The translations under genes were made by a program, and so were the position numbers. From the NCBI GenBank assembly GCA_018985225.1, contig JADGIF010000319.1, positions 1 through 11,054 on the forward strand: DNA of 11,054 nucleotides. The letters run 5' to 3'. Shown piece after piece: positions 7,685-11,054 of this stretch. Each line of letters begins with the position of its first letter. Position 1 is the first letter of the stretch. The DNA is from Amoeboradix gromovi X-113. Lineage: Eukaryota; Fungi; Sanchytriomycota. The notes under the pieces are model-generated. The model was not told where the DNA came from, made no database searches, and saw only the letters and a program-made list of their open reading frames with translations.

Positions 7685-7828
7685 ACAGCGTACGCTCTCT
7701 ACGCTTAGGAAATCTTCCAATAATGGAAGGATAAGGTACATTTATGTGTGCCACTATGTGGTTTGGAATCAAGTATAGCATGTTGAATTAACCCAGTGTG
7801 ACGCAGAAAACAAAAATTGTTAAGTGTT

Positions 7829-8407
7829 CTATTTATTTTGTAATTCTTCGCAGTAGGCGTTGATCTCCCGTATTGGCAGGCCCATCACAGCCTCTTCGTA
7901 ATCGTTTTTCACGATAAATGGTTTCATTAATTCGTCTTCCACAATTAAAGCACCTGCACACCATAAACAATCTCCTTTCTCAACCAATCCGTCAATAACT
8001 TCTGAGGTAATTTTCTTGTCATTTCTAAATTCCTGTACCGATTCGACATTGCATTGCTTCAGTTCTCCAGTTTTTGTATTTTTGACTACTAAGCCCGAGA
8101 TACATCTTGCCGGATACGTGTTGTATAAGTTTATAAAATATCTTGCCTCCTCCTGAGACTCTGGTTTTTCGAGGATCTTGTTATTTACCATTACAACCTG
8201 ATCTAAACAGATTACAATGCTATTACGGCATTTGTGTTCAATAGCTTTTATCTTCTCGTTTGCAATTTTCAAAGTTAATTCTAGCGGATCTTCATGTCTT
8301 ATCGCTTTTTCATCAATATCAGGTGAAATGGTTGTGAAATCCATGTATCTTGCTAGAATTTCCCTTCTACTCTTCGATGAACTACCGAGTACAATTGGAA
8401 GCGGCAT
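7829..8407 (-). CDS. maf: Maf-family nucleoside triphosphate pyrophosphatase (YceF / m7GTP-type features), 192 aa
   Basis: IVLGSSSKSRREIL, PDIDEKAIR, IANEK, catalytic-Asp motif ICLDQVV, ILEKP, AGALIVE, VMGLP. DQ and xxE (rather than DT and xxQ) resemble the YceF subgroup. Confidence 0.92.
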   Translation of the reverse strand: MPLPIVLGSSSKSRREILARYMDFTTISPDIDEKAIRHEDPLELTLKIANEKIKAIEHKCRNSIVICLDQVVMVNNKILEKPESQEEARYFINLYNTYPARCISGLVVKNTKTGELKQCNVESVQEFRNDKKITSEVIDGLVEKGDCLWCAGALIVEDELMKPFIVKNDYEEAVMGLPIREINAYCEELQNK

Positions 8408-8451
8408 GTTTCAAGTCAATTTCTTCAATGAAATTATGAGAAGTAGAAATA

Positions 8452-8461
8452 TAAATTTATT
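8452..8461 (-). terminator. Partial copy of the 3'-end element (AATAAATTTA) overlapping the Cdt1 stop codon
   Basis: The minus strand reads GAA TAA TAAATTTAT, giving the 10-nt core of the 13-mer seen at three other gene ends. Confidence 0.6.
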
Positions 8462-9491
8462 ATTCAGTAGAATGATTCAAAACATGCTTTGAATCCTCTA
8501 CGCATTCAATTTTCTGAAGTTGCGGTGCATTCAAATTCGTAGTTTTTAATTCTTTATCAGACAGTATCTGTTTATGAAATATCTTGGATGCGGTCTCCGG
8601 AATGCATCTAATATATCTCTTGTGATCCTTCCAAGTGTAGCATTTAAAATACTCGGATTTTCCAATGTTCATGAAATGTCTAGCAAGTTTACCTACTCCT
8701 TCTGATATGTCTTTAAACGGGAACTTGTGAGCTTTTTCAATAGATTCGCACAACAAATCACAATTTGCTTGTACTCGACGGTCGGATATAAATTTAGTAG
8801 TTATAATATCCATCAACAAACTTAGGAACGGGTCCAGGTAAATTTCAGTAGGGGATTCCGCTTGCTGCAGATGAGACACATCACAATGTTTAAGTGCTGT
8901 ATCTCTCTCTTTTTTACGCTGTAAAACACGACTCTTTAAAGCAGCAATTCTTTCCTTTGCAGTGAGTTTAACAGGCGATTCAGTACAGTCAGATGTGACT
9001 GGACTAGCGCCTTGGGTACCGGCTGATCTCTTCCTCATCAAGACATCCAATGGGCTGTGAACTCGAGGAATAATTTTAGACTGTAACCTGATCTTTTTCA
9101 ATGGATTCTCTTTGATCAACACACCAAAGTTGCCACTTAGCACAGCACCCAAACTCTGAACTAAGTCCTTGTTTTTTAAAACTGTAGCAATCTTGGATTT
9201 ACGCCCTAAGATATCGGAAACCTTTTTTTGATCCGTTGGCAAATGGAACACAAGTTTATCAGTAAGTTCATAAAATTCGCCATGCTCGTTTATCAGTTTA
9301 ATTATGCTGTAAATTTGATCTCTATCAATGTTGACCCTACACATCATTTCCAGTCGCTCACGAATTCTATCGAAGGACGCAACTTGTTTGGTAAAGTATA
9401 AGATTGAATCTAGCGATGCCATGAGCCTTTTAACATGGTCTACCGTGGATTCAGGATCAATTTGTTCCAGCTTCCGTTTACCCAAGATCAT
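8460..9491 (-). CDS. CDT1: DNA replication licensing factor Cdt1-like protein, 343 aa
   Basis: Recognised from memory, not by search. The N-terminal winged-helix pattern LMASLDSIL...SFDRIRERLEMMCRVNI..DQIYSI..L...RK resembles Cdt1 F.SMDT...TF..V...VQ.M.RR.F....GQI. The central ALKSRVLQRKKE resembles the Cdt1 LLERIRAKE helix. The C-terminal IITTKFISDRR...EYF...RYIR resembles the MCM-binding winged helix. First ATG at 9491. Confidence 0.75.
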   Translation of the reverse strand: MILGKRKLEQIDPESTVDHVKRLMASLDSILYFTKQVASFDRIRERLEMMCRVNIDRDQIYSIIKLINEHGEFYELTDKLVFHLPTDQKKVSDILGRKSKIATVLKNKDLVQSLGAVLSGNFGVLIKENPLKKIRLQSKIIPRVHSPLDVLMRKRSAGTQGASPVTSDCTESPVKLTAKERIAALKSRVLQRKKERDTALKHCDVSHLQQAESPTEIYLDPFLSLLMDIITTKFISDRRVQANCDLLCESIEKAHKFPFKDISEGVGKLARHFMNIGKSEYFKCYTWKDHKRYIRCIPETASKIFHKQILSDKELKTTNLNAPQLQKIECVEDSKHVLNHSTE

Positions 9492-9756
9492 GTGTTTGAA
9501 AAACAAATTTTTTAGAATTACTATTAATGAAGTTTAAGTATCGGAACTATAATCGCGGCTGCTTTATCAGTGTGGTGAGGAAATTTGATTAGTTTGGTAG
9601 ATCACTTAAGATACTCAATATCTTTGAAGATTGTTGTAAATGTACTCTCATTAAGACTCATGGTTACTTCACAGTTAGAAAGCTGGCGTAACCTTGACGT
9701 CTAAGAGAACACTTAGTATAATTATAAATTTTTATAATTCCATTACAGTTTAATCA

Positions 9757-10612
9757 TTATTTAGAAATTCTTAACTCAGAGTTGCAAGCGCTAATACATG
9801 AAGCTTCCAAATGACTCTTTATGTTTTCAAAAGCCTTATTATGATTTCAAACTTTTAAGTTGAAGCAGTCCGTCTGCGGATCGTTATTGAGTTGGTTGGT
9901 AGTGTGCTGGAAGTCATCATACAAGAACGAAACGTGAATTGGCTAGAACAAATTTTCTATTTATCTTCGCAATTGAGCTTTTAAGTGGAGAGTAGCGCAC
10001 AATTCTTGTTGTTTTTCGATTTCTGCAACTGATTTGGGCAGTCTATCCCCATCAGTGATCAAACTGTAAGGGCCTTTCTCAAGCTGATTAGACTTAAATC
10101 TTACGATCCATTTTCTTATCCATCTGACCCACTTTCTTGTTCTCAGAGCTCGTTTATTCTGTTAAACTATTAAAAATATAAATCAGTGTATACATTAAGT
10201 TACTTGTAATTTCTTAATTCACCAAGTTGGAGTTTCCAAGTTCAATATTCAGTAACTTCATAATCTTATCATCTTGACTACCAGAACCTAACTCTTGGTT
10301 TTCCAAGACACAGAGAACCTTATTAAGAGCATGAACACAGTTTAGGCTGGATAACCCAAAGAAGCTACACTACTGCAAATTTACCATTCTTCATAAATTT
10401 GTCTACATTATATTTAAATCTAGAAGACCGAACAAAGAATTTGCCACAGTGGTCTCCAAACAATGGTAGCAATAAATATATTTCATACTGTTTACTACAT
10501 AAGCAGGATACTACTCATAAACTTAATCAGTTTATCTTCGGTATCTACAAAACAATCGATTTCGTGCTTAGCGTAATTTGTGCTACCTTAACTCTGATAA
10601 AAATTTAATTAC
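9757..10612 (-). pseudogene. Possible decayed coding sequence or transposase relic
   Basis: Several 35-65 codon protein-like stretches on the minus strand are broken by TAA/TAG/TGA stops and frame changes. One stretch (SLITDGDRLPKSVAEIEKQQELCATLHLKAQL) loosely resembles the MULE/IS256 second-Asp...CxxH segment. Boundaries are approximate. Confidence 0.25.
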
Positions 10613-11054
10613 CGTCTAGTTACTTTTAAATGAAAGGCAAATGAAATTCATACAGAATACGTATTTTTAACATGCTATTTCAATGACGCTTAAGCAATCA
10701 CCATGCTAATCTAATTTCAAAAAGGTTGTAAATACAATAAGCCCTTAAGTTGCTGAGTACTTGCTGAATACTGGCTAAGGACTACGTTGATAGAGAAGAA
10801 ATGACACAAATTATTTTTCCTAATTCCTAGGTGACGGAACCCACACAAAATCAATGTATTTTTTAATTTGAGTACCCAAAAAGTTTACCGTTGGCGTGAA
10901 AGTGAAAAGACAAAAAATAAACAACTCTCAATATCATAGGACTTCTTTTTATTGGTACTGGTATTTTGTCACCATTCAACACTTTGCAGATCTACGACTT
11001 AGCAATTTTATCGCATCAGAATATGCGAAATGAAAAGAACTCAAAGTTCATAGA

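Noticed and set aside
6916-9537. Plus-strand ORFs at 6916, 7228, 8217 and 9328
   Set aside because: Antisense to the LRR, Maf and Cdt1 genes.
10308-10335. ACAGAGA motif reminiscent of U6 snRNA
   Set aside because: It is not followed by the invariant AGATTAGCATGG and internal stem-loop.
10399-10608. Plus-strand 69-aa ORF
   Set aside because: TTG start, no motifs, and a length expected by chance.
1-11054. CRISPR array, tRNA/rRNA genes, or a prokaryotic restriction-modification operon
   Set aside because: No regularly spaced direct repeats, no tRNA or rRNA signatures, no methyltransferase and no consistent Shine-Dalgarno motifs. The gene content is eukaryotic.

Overview
This is an AT-rich, very gene-dense window that reads as a compact eukaryotic genome, not a prokaryotic one. 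It encodes a Cdt1-like replication licensing factor, one gene needs a GT-AG spliceosomal intron, and gene ends carry AATAAA-type signals. The lineage cannot be determined from sequence; a compact-genome early-diverging fungus or protist is an inference. Genes in order: small Mrr/RRG7-like PD-(D/E)xK nuclease (+), a two-module FtsX/MacB-type ABC permease split by a 19-nt intron (+), 3-hydroxyisobutyrate dehydrogenase (-), an unknown coiled-coil protein (+), an LRR protein with a BC-box-like motif and Cys-rich tail (-), a Maf-family pyrophosphatase (-) and Cdt1 (-). These are followed by about 1.5 kb without an intact ORF. Three non-coding signals stand out: (1) the 19-nt intron; (2) an identical 13-mer (CAATAAATTTACT) at three gene ends, two of them in 19-28 nt gaps between convergent stops; (3) a 31/33-identical element present twice in inverted orientation 7.4 kb apart, with further collinear shared blocks.
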